From Amoebidium appalachense (taxonomy: Eukaryota; Protista; Ichthyosporea): a stretch of 64,000 bases of DNA. The notes under the pieces are model-generated. The model ran no database searches, was not told the origin of the DNA, and saw only the letters and a program-made list of their open reading frames with translations. Positions 24,175 through 41,898 of the stretch are shown here, in pieces; the stretch's first letter is position 1, and every line of letters starts with the position of its first letter. Location: contig CAVNZM010000011.1 in assembly GCA_963693365.1 (NCBI GenBank), forward strand, positions 3,976,639-4,040,638. Direction: 5' to 3'. Both the position numbers and the translations under genes were made by a program.

Positions 24175-26368
24175 GGTAAAAGTGCATGTATTCAAAGTAG
24201 TTTCTTTTCATGAAAAAAATTCTTTCGGGTTGTGCGCCCTCTGCGTTAACGTGCGAACACAAAAATCGTTGTACGGCGTGGGTGCGTAGCAACGCGTTAC
24301 GTAATCAGGGGGAAAAAAGGCGGCGCCAGAAAGAAATCGGGGACCACTCAAAATCGCCGATCCCGTATCCCTTAATATAAGCAGAGATCACACCAAATAC
24401 AGTTACTTCAGTTTCGGTAGAGTTTCTGTGTGTACCACATTATTCTGGCATTCGCGAATGTCAGTCGGTACCGAATGTTGTAGTGGCCTGCAGCTACCAG
24501 AAAGCGGTGAGAACAAAGCGTGATCAGTAACTAATCATAATCATAATATAGATGTTTTTAAGGTTTTAAGGTAGCTGGAATCATGGAATTGCGGCGATCG
24601 GTCTCTGGGCCAAACTCAGAAGAAAAAAAAGAAAAAAAAAAAAAAAGAAAAACAGGGTTACATCGAACCTTCAAAGGTAGCAACAATTATCCGCTAGAGA
24701 CATAATTCTCGGATTATAATTATCTAAATAGTGTTTTCTTGAAACGATCAGTACGGAAAAATTATAACTCAGTTGGTTCGGCGTCAGCGACCCAAAAACC
24801 AACTGCACGGTTGCACCAAATTCGGTACGTTTTCACACAGTACATTTAATGGTGGAGATTGCGTATTATAAAAACTTTTTACTCGATTGAGCTATAAAAA
24901 TTCTGTACTGCAGTTTTTAAGTTCATACCATATAATTCTCAATTCCATGTTCAAACATGCTCTAGCGTAATATCAGGCTACCTTGTAGTCTTTGATATTA
25001 TCGCTTATAGGTCACGCGCGGGTTCTACAAAACATTTGTGTTACATTTTTGCCCTCCTCTACGGCTGCGGCCCGTGCGCGCGTGAGTGAGCCTCAGAGAG
25101 TCAGGTTGTCAGGTGAGCCACATTTTGACATTCCTGACGCTGTTGGGAATCTTGTATCCAACCCCAATAAAGTCTTTCTCAGCTATTATATTTTTGGGGA
25201 GGATATTGAGAGCAAAAAGAAAAAAAAAACTCAAGAATTATTTGAAAAGAGGGAACATACTATACAGAAAAAATCCATGTCTTGTAATTTTTCATGTGAT
25301 GAGCCACATGTGATTCCCCCCAGAGTTTCGATTGTGGGGCGTATCGTAACAACCAGCCGTCCGGGACATTTTTTGTAACGGGACAATAGTTGCACGATTT
25401 ATCATTAGAATTTCAATCCCTAACGATTCCAAATACCTATTTCCACATATATATTAATCTAGCTAACAGTTAATACTATACGTAGAGTTATATATTTGTA
25501 ACGGAACTTTCTATGGCAAAAGTTTCCTAATCTCGAAATTCAGAAATTTCTAATACACATCGGCAGCACGAGTGGCTGGTCACTGGGCAGGCAAATATAA
25601 CCGTTTTTGGGAGACTGATGACGCAAGCTCTTAGCCAATCATATTGTAGATGTTTTTTGAGCCTCGATTCAAAGCGGCACAACGCTGCTTTTCTCGTATA
25701 TCCCTTCTAACCTTTTTTGGTTATTCGCTATTACTGCGCGCAATGCTATTGGTCAGTTGGTGATACGTTTAGGCCAATCAGAGCATGGCAGCGACGACAA
25801 AATCCATGGTTTTGTAGGCAGTACCTCAGTGATACGGTGTTCCCGCATACCACGGTGCGGAATGCGGTTCCCATGGGGGTAGACCCGGCGGGACGGACCA
25901 GGTCACAGGTCCCGGTCCGAGTCACAGTTCCCGGACCCGAACATTAGTTCCCGGCCCGGCCCAAATGAAAGAGTGGTTCCCGCCGGGTTCCCACTGCACC
26001 ACACCCCCCCCCCCCCCCCCCCCCCCCCCAGCCGCGCCGCCGGAATGTGTAAATATATCCGGTACATATCCCATGCGATTCTGCAGTCATTTTTTATATC
26101 GGCGTAGCGCAAGGGGGAAAAGGGGGGACTCGAAGAATGAAATGAAGGTGAAGGAGCTCCCGGGGGGAGGGGGGGGGGGGGGGAAGGGGGAGGGGGTGGA
26201 CGGCCCGAGGAGGGACCGGGGAGGGGGGGGGGGGGGGGGGGATGGCCGCCCCAAATGGCGTGTAGATATATCCGGGACTTATCCGACATATCCAGGAATT
26301 ATATCTAGGGTACCGCCACTCGCGAGGATCCGGAACTCAAGTGAAATGAGGGTGAAGGGATCCCCCCG

Positions 26369-26416
<48 letters not shown>

Positions 26417-27124
26417 TGTATGAGCCTGTATATATACATATCTCAATCGATCGACCCTGCGTACCGGTACAATTGTATCACGTTTTCTGTTCCAACAAAA
26501 AAAGGGAATCTATGCCTGGTGATCTGATGTTGCGTGTATAGTTGACAAATGCAAACAGCCAACAGAGGGAACACCCTGAGAAGTATGGGCATGCAACTTG
26601 TCGGCCAGTCCCAGCAGCGCAGCGTCCATGGGCACCAGGGACACAGAATAATAATATCCAAATATCCCAAGAAAGCATTTATCACCTTTATCCACAGCCG
26701 CTGCGATTGGTTCATACCGCACCCAAGCTTTTTTGATAAAGGGGATAAAGGGGGGGGGGGGGGGGGGGGGGGGGAGTGGTTTCCTGTTCTTTTTTATGGT
26801 AAAGATGGTAATGGAGCTACTCTGCCATGCTGTCTGCACAGATACGGAATGAAGTAGGCATGAAGTAGACGTATAGTTCATGACAAAACGTCAGCCCGCT
26901 GGCAGATCGGATTTATACAAATTGAGCACCGTTACAGTATGCAATAAACTCCACAAAACTGGGGAACACAGATCAAGGGGCCTCAGTTTTCGGCACATGC
27001 ATCTGCACACTGTCCATAGTTGCTTTCTTGGCAGCTTTGTTAAGCAAAAATGGATGTGTGCATGTGTGTGTGTGTGTGTGCATGTGTGCACGTGTGTGTG
27101 TGTGTGTGCATGTGTGCATGTGTG

Positions 27125-27161
<37 letters not shown>

Positions 27162-27543
27162 ATGTGTGTGCGTGTGTGTGTGTGTGTGTTGTGTGTGTGT
27201 GTGTGCATGTGTCTTAGACACAGTGGTTGCGAAGGTATAATATAATAATTGGGCAGAGCCCTTTATTTCCACGTTTTTTCTTTTTTTACAAAGAAAACCA
27301 GCCGTAAAAATAAACTTCTATTTTTTTTACGAAAAGATCCAAGAAAAAAAGAGTACACTGTGGGCCGGGTGGCTCTGCAACAACCACTTGGTAGACGTCG
27401 TCAAACTTGCATTTGAAGGGGGGTTCAATAAACTTTCATTCATAGTGCCATGATCTCATTCGTGCACGGGAACTTTAAAAGGAATTCGGGGGTTTTATTG
27501 CCAACACATTGAATTTCAGCGGATCCGTGGCTCACATTGAATT

Positions 27544-28455
27544 TCAGCGGATCCGTGGCTCACAGTCGCCGGCAGTACAAATTGCAAGCGTGTTTCGTTT
27601 GTGTGTGTGCGCAATGTCTTGCACGTTTATTCCCTCCCCCTCGCTATCAACCACCTCCATCAGACCATCTAGATCAAACACCTGGACCTTGCGTGCCATG
27701 AGCTTGGTGCGCACGTTGTTGTTCTTCTTGTTGTAGATGATGCTGGTGGCTGCCACAGACACCCATGCGGTGACCTCGCGGCACTTGGCACGCTGGGAGT
27801 TCATAAACTCCATAAACTCATCCACAGATGCAGCGTTGTTGCCCAGCTTGAAGAGGCAGGCGTTGCGGCCGAGGGGGTTGGGGAGCTCCGCGGTCACGTT
27901 GAAGTACGTGTCGCCCAGGGCCCCTGCCATATCCTCCTTGCTGACGGGATCGGCCCCCAGCACCTCGTACAGGTTGGGGTTGTGCTTGCTCCACAGGCTG
28001 CTGCTGGTCTTGACGGCGACGGTGTCCAGGTCCACCCCCTTGAGCATCTCGTGGTCTTGGTGCTGCCACAGCACGTCCTTGGCCATGCTGCACACGTAGG
28101 GCCACAGGTCGGTGGCGTAGGCAACCTCAAAGGGCTCGGGGTGGCGCTGGGACTTGATCTTGATGGTGGTCTTGCCGTAGGCAGGCAGGTGGGTGCCCAG
28201 TTCAATCAACATCTGCCCGTTGATGTTGATGTTGGGCAGGTTGTACAGCTGCACCACCAGCACGTCGTTCATGACCCAGGGCGCACCCATGGTGGCCTTG
28301 CCCACGCCGTTGAGGAACACATCCCTGTACAGTACCACCTTGCCCCCCTCAATGCTGCTGGTGCTGTTTTCTTTGCCACTGCTTGCCGCGGCGGTGCTGC
28401 TCCTTTTGATGGTGGACAGACCAGTCTTTTGACGCAGCAGGGTTGGCTTGACCAT
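27544..28455 (-). CDS. Intronless 303-aa protein, possible T7 gp2.5/NCLDV-type ssDNA-binding protein
   Basis: Strong GC3 codon bias supports coding. The C-terminal VSVAATSIIY..VRTKLMARKVQVFD followed by an acidic stretch resembles the last strands of T7-type SSB OB folds. The function is tentative. Confidence 0.6.
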   Translation of the reverse strand: MVKPTLLRQKTGLSTIKRSSTAAASSGKENSTSSIEGGKVVLYRDVFLNGVGKATMGAPWVMNDVLVVQLYNLPNININGQMLIELGTHLPAYGKTTIKIKSQRHPEPFEVAYATDLWPYVCSMAKDVLWQHQDHEMLKGVDLDTVAVKTSSSLWSKHNPNLYEVLGADPVSKEDMAGALGDTYFNVTAELPNPLGRNACLFKLGNNAASVDEFMEFMNSQRAKCREVTAWVSVAATSIIYNKKNNNVRTKLMARKVQVFDLDGLMEVVDSEGEGINVQDIAHTHKRNTLAICTAGDCEPRIR

Positions 28456-28629
28456 TTTGCAGTTGCTTGGGGGGTGTGGTGAACGTAACTGTGGTGTGCA
28501 CCTCGACAGTGTATGTATGGCTCGTGGTTGGTTGGTGTGATGTTGCTGCCGGCGGCTGTTTATGTATGCAGGGTGCTCAGGGCTGGTGCGCTTCCGGCCA
28601 ATTGTACACAACAAGTCTTTTTCGCGGTC

Positions 28630-28750
28630 CTATTGGTCAGTTTCGGGATGGAATGTACAGATTTCGGTTTACGCGTTCTGATTGGTCCGTTTTCCGGCAA
28701 ATTTGCTTTTTCGCCTCCTAATTCCCATTGGGTGGCTATTCCCATTGGCC
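28630..28750 (-). promoter_or_regulatory. Cluster of four CCAAT boxes upstream of the 303-aa gene
   Basis: ATTGG on the + strand near 28632, 28681, 28726 and 28744, about 180-290 bp upstream of the ATG. Confidence 0.4.
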
Positions 28751-29014
28751 AGTTTTCGCCGGAATTTATTCTCGCATTCCTTCGATCCGCAGCACCTGTG
28801 CGTGTGCGCACCACATGTACGCGTACACGTACGCGTACACGTGTTCCGCCCTCTCTCTCTTTAATTATTTAATTAAAACCACGTGCGCTGCACGTGTTTT
28901 GCACACACACACAGTGTGTGCACGTGCTCCTGTACATATATCCACCCATATCTCATATCCCATATCGCGATATACACAGATATCACACATCTCATATCCA
29001 CCTATGCCATATCT

Positions 29015-29088
29015 TTGGGGGCTGCGGGACCGTGTGGATGTGACGTCACACCTGTGACGTCACATCCACGGGGTGCCGCGCCCCCATA
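29015..29088. repeat. Nested palindrome / long hairpin
   Basis: Perfect 17-bp arms GTGGATGTGACGTCACA-CC-TGTGACGTCACATCCAC (29034-29069). Each arm contains the self-palindrome TGTGACGTCACA, and there is an imperfect GC-rich outer stem. Confidence 0.9.
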
Positions 29089-29639
29089 TGTAGTATGTGT
29101 GCGGAATTTGTGTGTGACCAAGGTAGCTAGGCTAAGCCTTAGGGCAGGGAAGAGGGAGGGGGGGGGGGGGGGGGGGGGGGGGAAACCGGGGACGCTCGGA
29201 CTGTGCCAGTGTCCGACTAAGTCTTGCCAACCGTTGGCCAAATGTATCTTGCTACATCTCATGATACTTGGACCTACCAGGATCGAAGTAAAATAAGCGC
29301 ACTAATAGAACAAGTGCCGAGATCGGATGCCAGTGTCAGTGTGGAAGGCATATCTGTGTGTGTCGCGGTATGCCACGGTGTGTGTGTGTGTGTGCCGGGG
29401 GGGGGAGGGCCGGGGGGAGGAGGAGGGGGGGGGGGGGGGGGGGTCAGATACAGAGGGAGAGAGAAAGTATTCGGAACTAGAAGACTTTGAAAGACACAGA
29501 GAAAGAGAGAGAGAGAGAAAGATGTAAGCTTGGGGACATAAGGAGAAAGAAATGGGGACGGTGGTGGGGGGGGGGTGGGGAGTACTGTAACAGTGAGAGA
29601 GGCCCCGGGGGGGGTAGCTACGGGCCCGGGGAGTGGGGG

Positions 29640-29688
<49 letters not shown>

Positions 29689-29814
29689 AGAGGGGCAGAG
29701 AGCGAGAGCCCCGAGAGAGTCTCAGGAAAAGGCCGGAGAGGGGGGGGGGGGGGAGGGGGGGAGGGGGTGGAGGGGCGCAGGGGGAGGGGTCGGGGGAAGG
29801 GGGGGGGGGGGGGG

Positions 29815-30538
<724 letters not shown>

Positions 30539-31395
30539 TCGAAACAATTGACACGGCCTGCCGCGGAGGTGTGTGCACTTCAGATGACAGACAGTGCTGA
30601 TATCGATGCTGAAGATGCTTCGTCGGACTCCGGACCTTCAAGATCGCAGGACTGACTGTCACGTTGACTGCAGCTGTTACATAAGCCTCGAAAATCTACC
30701 GTACTTTCACCTGCCCACGGTAGGACGTGCCGCGGCTAAAAGTTATTACATATATGACATGACAGTAGGATAGGCTAGTCAGTCAGCCTACGGTGTGGGT
30801 GTACCAATAGTGATCCCCGAGGGCCGACTCAGTTACTCTTCCGCCCCCAGAATATATGCACTTCAGAAGTTCGAAACAGTCAACACAGCCCCCCGTAACG
30901 TTGTGACCGGTACTTAGGGACTAAAACTGCCAAAAGGGGTTACGGCATGCAAAGCATGAATGAAAGGAGTGAGAATTCAGAAAGAAGGCCGTCACAGACC
31001 GTACCCCGCTGGAAGTAGGCCGGCCACCGGACCTTAGGCCGATGTCAGATGTTGCAAGGTTCTGGCACCTCGAGTCGCAGCCACGCGTGCGAGGCGATGT
31101 CCGGCTGTTGAAAGTGACTCAAATAACGGCAAAAATGCAGAATGTCAGCTAAAAAAAAGAAGCTTGATATAGTTTTTTCGCGACGACTGTCTGACTGTGG
31201 ACTCGAAGTCCCGAGGCTGGCTGGCTGCCTCCATGCATGCATGGGTGATGAAGCTTCCGAAACGCGGTGCCAAGTGTCCTAGTCCAGAAGGGATCGCGTG
31301 GTGCAAGTTGCAAGATATCTGGTTGACCATCATCGACTTCATGCTACTATTGTTGCCCGTGTCAAGAAAAACTCGGTTGTTAACTTTCCTTTTCT

Positions 31396-31429
<34 letters not shown>

Positions 31430-32820
31430 GCACGTGTGCTGCCACAAGTACGCTGAAACTGGGGCCGTGCGCACCCAAGTGTGGAGGCCCAAAATCACAC
31501 ACATACCACAGCTTGCTAAGTTTATCTCGGGAATGCAAGACAATAGCAATTTGGAGAACAATTGGTTGAATATATCAAGTACCTGAAAGAACAAATCTGA
31601 TTTATTTCAGACGCGACGTTTTCATTAGCTTGCGTGCCTGCATGATCGTACCGTAGATGATAGATCATAACGGTTACAACAGGGTGTGAAATTCGTTTTT
31701 GCTGGTGTCATTTTAGCACCTTTTCTTCTGCTTGGATGGCTCTAATAGAGCCACCAACGGCTTTTGGGAGGTATTTTTTTTTATTTTAATTTTTCTGTAT
31801 TAGAGGCCCTGGTTGAATGATTGGTAGACATAACATGAAAAAATCAGGGACAATTTTCGGAGTCTCACGGACAATTCTCCCCCTAATCTCACAGCCTGGG
31901 CCACAATGCTGTACGTGAAAACTCCTCGCCCAAGAGAAAACTCGATGTAGGCCTATATTATTATAGCATTAATAGGCATATCGATAAACGTCTGGATTTT
32001 TCTTATCATTATAATATCTTTTTATATAAACCCATGACTGTCCTGATGCGAGCAGGATTCTGGAAAAACACGTACAGGACAGTGCGTAGTCATTCGCCAT
32101 AACAATAAAGATTAGCCCCATGTACAACATTCCTGTCATTTTTTTGACACAAGGCCAAAGGCTGCTGTGTTGCAAGTTTTGTGCGTGCGTCTTTGGCCGA
32201 GTGTTCCCGGACCCTCATAAACTCGTAGTATGAGGAGTCGTGTCACAAAGGACGCTCTGAGCCATGCCATGTGACGGAGTGACGGGCGCGAAACTACGTG
32301 GTGGACCGTGCATGTACAAGAGTTGGACTGTTGAGATTCGAGCTTTGAGTTATTGTAGTGTACGTCCTTGCAGTCGCCGAGACAAGCCGGGCTGGGCTAT
32401 GTCAATGATGATGATATTTGCTGCGGGTGAATGACAACATATTACCGTTAGTGACACCGTAAGGATCGTACCTTCCCTCACAAAAAAGTGCTATCCACTT
32501 GCTAGTATTCATAGCAGGTCATCTCGTTGACGGTGCCTGGCATACACACACGTATCATTGAATATTTCCTAGGCATAGTTTCATGCAATTTGACCATCAT
32601 CTTTGGAGTATTTCGAGTGACCGGACCTGTAGTAGCGCTTACATGGTGGCATCATTTACTGTGATTTTGTATACATTTCCACACATAGCTTGAGGCACGC
32701 ACTTTTATAATCATTACTGTGTTTTCCCACACTGAGACCTACTAAAAATCTGAACCGTTGGCCACGGAATTGATCATTCTTGAAGTTCTATCCGGAGGCC
32801 TCTAAGTTGCAGCAGGAACA

Positions 32821-37751
<4,931 letters not shown>

Positions 37752-39116
37752 GGGTTATAAGTTAATAGTAGCTAAGAGATCCGATAAGTTAACTTCGATG
37801 GTGTTACCTGTAATGTTGCAGGATTTATGTTAACTTAAACGTTTGTTATTTAGTAGAGGGCTGAGATGATGATAAGGCATATTGCAAGAGAATTCAAGAA
37901 ATAACGGATTCTGGTCTCTGATAACCTTGTCACCAATTTTCGTATTAAGAATTTATTTTCCGTTTTCCGTTTTCAATATCCGCTAGATTAGATCTGAGAC
38001 CCACTGCTACGGCTATCGAATCCTTATTGGTTCTTAGTCGACGTCACTCTGGTTTTTAGAAGCTACGTCTGGTAATAAAAATCGGTGTGTACTAGAAGCG
38101 GTTTCCTTTGTGATAGTTAAATTTCAAAGCCCTCGTGAGAGTCACTGTGTGATCTCCGGGTAAGTTACGGTATACCGTGATTAAGTTGCGCGCAGAGGCC
38201 ATGCCATCCAGCGTGGAAATTAATTAAAGGCTCAGCCTGGGGCACTCGATTTTCTGGATGATATACAGCGCATAATCTTGGGTCTGCTCATGAACACGTG
38301 GCTCAGGCTTCAAGTGTGTAGTCAGGAAGTGTACGTGCGTTCCCCTATACACAACCGTGTGTATGCCGAAGGGTGAGTGCCCCCCCCCCCCCCCCCCTCC
38401 TCTCTGCCCCCTCTCCTCGCCTCATTGATTCTTCTATAGCAACTGAGCCTCTTGGCACACATCTCCATCACTTCACACCCGCCACTGGCTTCAATTGAAT
38501 CTATACCTTTGTTGCATTCAGCACTTCAAATCAGATTGCGGCAAGCGCATCGCGCAAGTTTACCGTCGTGCTCATTGTGTGTGCGCGTGTAGTGTGTCTG
38601 TACATGTTGTCAGTGGCCGTGTTGTCGTGACAATTTTGTACATACGTGTGCTACTATGTGTGTGAATGTATTATTACGTGTATCATATGATGTGTATGAG
38701 TATTTAGCAAATGATGCATTGTATGCATGCAATTGAATCAGTCAAGAAATAGTGCTAGAATAGATATTGGTGTGTGTATGTAGACATCGCTCAACTTGTG
38801 TGGACACAGGCAATTATGTGCTATTTTGAGTGCATTTGCACGTGTGTGTGCGTGCATGTGTGTGTGCCACGTTACGTGTGTGTGTGCATGTGTCCACGTT
38901 TGTTTGTGTGCTGGCATTGCGTGTGTGTATTTCTCTGTCTGAGTGACTGTGTGTGTTGTTTATGAATGGCATGCAATGCCATGCACACGTGTGCGCCAGT
39001 CAGAAACTGACGACGGGTTGGGGGAGAAGGGGGGGAGGCCTAGCTAGGATGGGCTGAAACTTGAAAGAGCGAGGAGGATCCGGAGAGAGAAAGAGAGAAC
39101 GAGAGAACGAGAGCTG

Positions 39117-39341
<225 letters not shown>

Positions 39342-39459
39342 TCACAGGCCACGCTGTTCTATCATCTATAGAAGAAAACTCTGTGCCGCCCAATGCATTC
39401 GGTTGTGTGTGCACAAGCAACAATGTGGTGGGCCCCGGCACTACTAATGTTAGTACCGG

Positions 39460-39501
<42 letters not shown>

Positions 39502-40460
39502 GGCAAATTTTCAAATCGGTGTGTGCAAAACCGTTCTGCATTCTAAGTCACGGGGAGTTTCAATACCGTACGCTTATAAGAATCGATGACCAGTTTTGCA
39601 GTGATTTTCGGGCCGTATGCGTATACGTAGTAACGTTTGTTTGTTTTTTTTGACCGTCAATATTGCAATGATGACCGTTACCCTAGTAGATACGCGACTA
39701 CGCGTGTCCTGCCAGGCAAACGCCGTACTGAGGCGGCAGAAGTTTCTAAATGTTAAATAGTATTATAACAATGCAAAATTGACTAACCAAACTGTATTGT
39801 TAAAATATAAGTATTGGTATATGATGATGATTGAATACAGATCATGTAGCTGTTTGCAGGGAGGCAGCCGCCTTTGTTGATTCGCTGATGATTGGCGGAT
39901 GTTGCTTTTTTCCCTCGGCAAAAGGCTACATTTAGATCCACCAATCCGCGTGTTAAACATTAAACCATAATTAGTCACTATAGGAAAGTATGCGCTCTTG
40001 CCATATTAGGCAGTTATAGTTGTATAGGCAAGGGCAAGGGCTATTGTAAATCGCACATGCACAGACTTTAATATATTTTTTGATACTTCTATAATATAAC
40101 TTGTTGTTTCAAATAAGGGTTTACATTGCGTTTGTTTTACTTACTTACTTGCAACATTATAAGCCCAACCGTTGGTCATATTTGACGAGAGGTGCACGCC
40201 ATGCAACACACCGCATTCCAAAAGCGCATGTGCAAGCAAAAACGTTGTCCTATTGGGTAACAATCATACATTAGATTCGGCCGTACAACAAACAGCATTT
40301 TGTGTTGCTTTTGGCCTGGGCCGCATAAAATGTGTATTTCCGGCTTCGCAAAGCCCATTTCCCCGCGACCACTCTCCTTTTCAAAGTGGAAACCTAAGAG
40401 AAGGGTTAACACAGGCACTTCGTAGTATTTACGTTTTTTTTGGCGGGGAAAAGAAGGGAA

Positions 40461-41867
40461 ATGACGGGCACCGACGAATATGCGCCGCGTTCGCGCAGCG
40501 GCTCCGTGGTTTCCACCAGCTACAAAGGAGTCACAGACCAGATGAGCGCGGAGGTCCCTCCCCAAGAAATTGGAGACGAAACGACGGGCCTTCTCACAAA
40601 CAAAAATGAGGTGTCTTGGCGCCAGGAAATGTGGCAGACTTGGTGCCTGGCGTGGCCCATCATAGGTACTTTTATGGTATGTGTTTTTGTGTGTTGTTTG
40701 CGGTTGAGGTTGTGCCATAAGTTGCTGCTACATTTCACTTTTTTTTGTTCTTGTTTTGCGAAGAGTTGGAAAGGGAAATGTGGATCTAGTTTAGTACAGT
40801 CTGTTAGCAAGGCGAGCCTTGTTTTCATTTTGTCTTTTAGCATTTTCTGTCATGCCATGCTAACCTTTACAACATGTTAGAGTGCAACAAAAAGGTGTAC
40901 AAGTTCGTGTAGTGAACAGTGGTACACAGTCGACTTGCACACAGTGCAATCCCACCTTGCTTTTGTCCTGTTTGGGGAAAACACTGCACACTGCCGCAGC
41001 CTTTTCCCAAACCATACTGTTATTGATCTCACGCGCGCCCAAGCTCTCTCTTTTCACCGTGGCATGTATATGAACACCTCACCCACATGGTTACGTACAA
41101 AGACGCTACATTAACGGCAGTTACGCACACACATGGCGGCAGAAATGTCGACCTGTAGAACACGTACAAAATATGCTACACGTCCACAACATACTACATA
41201 CGACATATACACACACCCACAAACATTCTTCAAAATCACCATGTTGTGCAACACACAAAGTTAACCCCACTTCACCCACTGCCATCCCACACAACCACAC
41301 ACCCGTCCCTCCCTCCCACCCTCCCGCCCTCCCCCCCCCCCCCCCCCCTCCCCCCAACAAATGCACGTGCAGCTGCAAATGGGCCCTGGGATGATCAACG
41401 TGCTCTTCCTTGGTCGTCTGCCAATCAAGGAGGCTCTCGGTGCCGGCACCCTTGCTACCATGTACCTCAACATCACGGGTACGTGTGTGTGTGTGTGTGT
41501 GTGTCTGTGTGTGTGTGTGTCTGTGTGTGTGGCTAGGGGTCTGTTTGTCTCAACACGTCATGCACCCAATCTCTCTCTTTCCCCCCTCTCACTCTCTATC
41601 CCCCCCCCCCCCCTCCCCTCCCCCCCTCCCCCTCCCCCCCCCCCCCCCCCCCCTATCTCTCTCGCTCCTTCTCCCTCCCTCTTCCCCGTCTCAATCTCTC
41701 TCTGCGGGTGCAGCGTGCACGCGCGTGTGTGTATTAGGGTGAGATGGAGTGGGGTGTAATCACATTAAGGAAACCACGAGGAATTGTCTCCAGAATTCCT
41801 CACCCACCCATCCATGCTATTCTTTCAGCCCCGTTCCCCTTTGAGTTTCCTCGCACATAGCATGCCA

Positions 41868-41898
<31 letters not shown>

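Larger units (their letters stand above)
20664..24375. mobile_element. ISL2EU-like (PIF/Harbinger-ISL2EU group) TIR transposon with two convergent genes
   Basis: Perfect inverted ends TATTAAGGGATACGGGATCG (20662-20681) / CGATCCCGTATCCCTTAATA (24358-24377). The TSD is ambiguous (AT, TA or TTAA). Confidence 0.88.

Noticed and set aside
25818-25960. 5S rRNA or tRNA-like gene
   Set aside because: Only a CATACC match; no conserved 5S boxes or cloverleaf.
26840-26995. Erv1/ALR-like viral thiol oxidase remnant (SPVLWSLLHTV ... STSCLLH, minus strand)
   Set aside because: Only a W..LH resemblance; there is an in-frame stop, no CxxC and no HN.VN motif, which is too weak to call.
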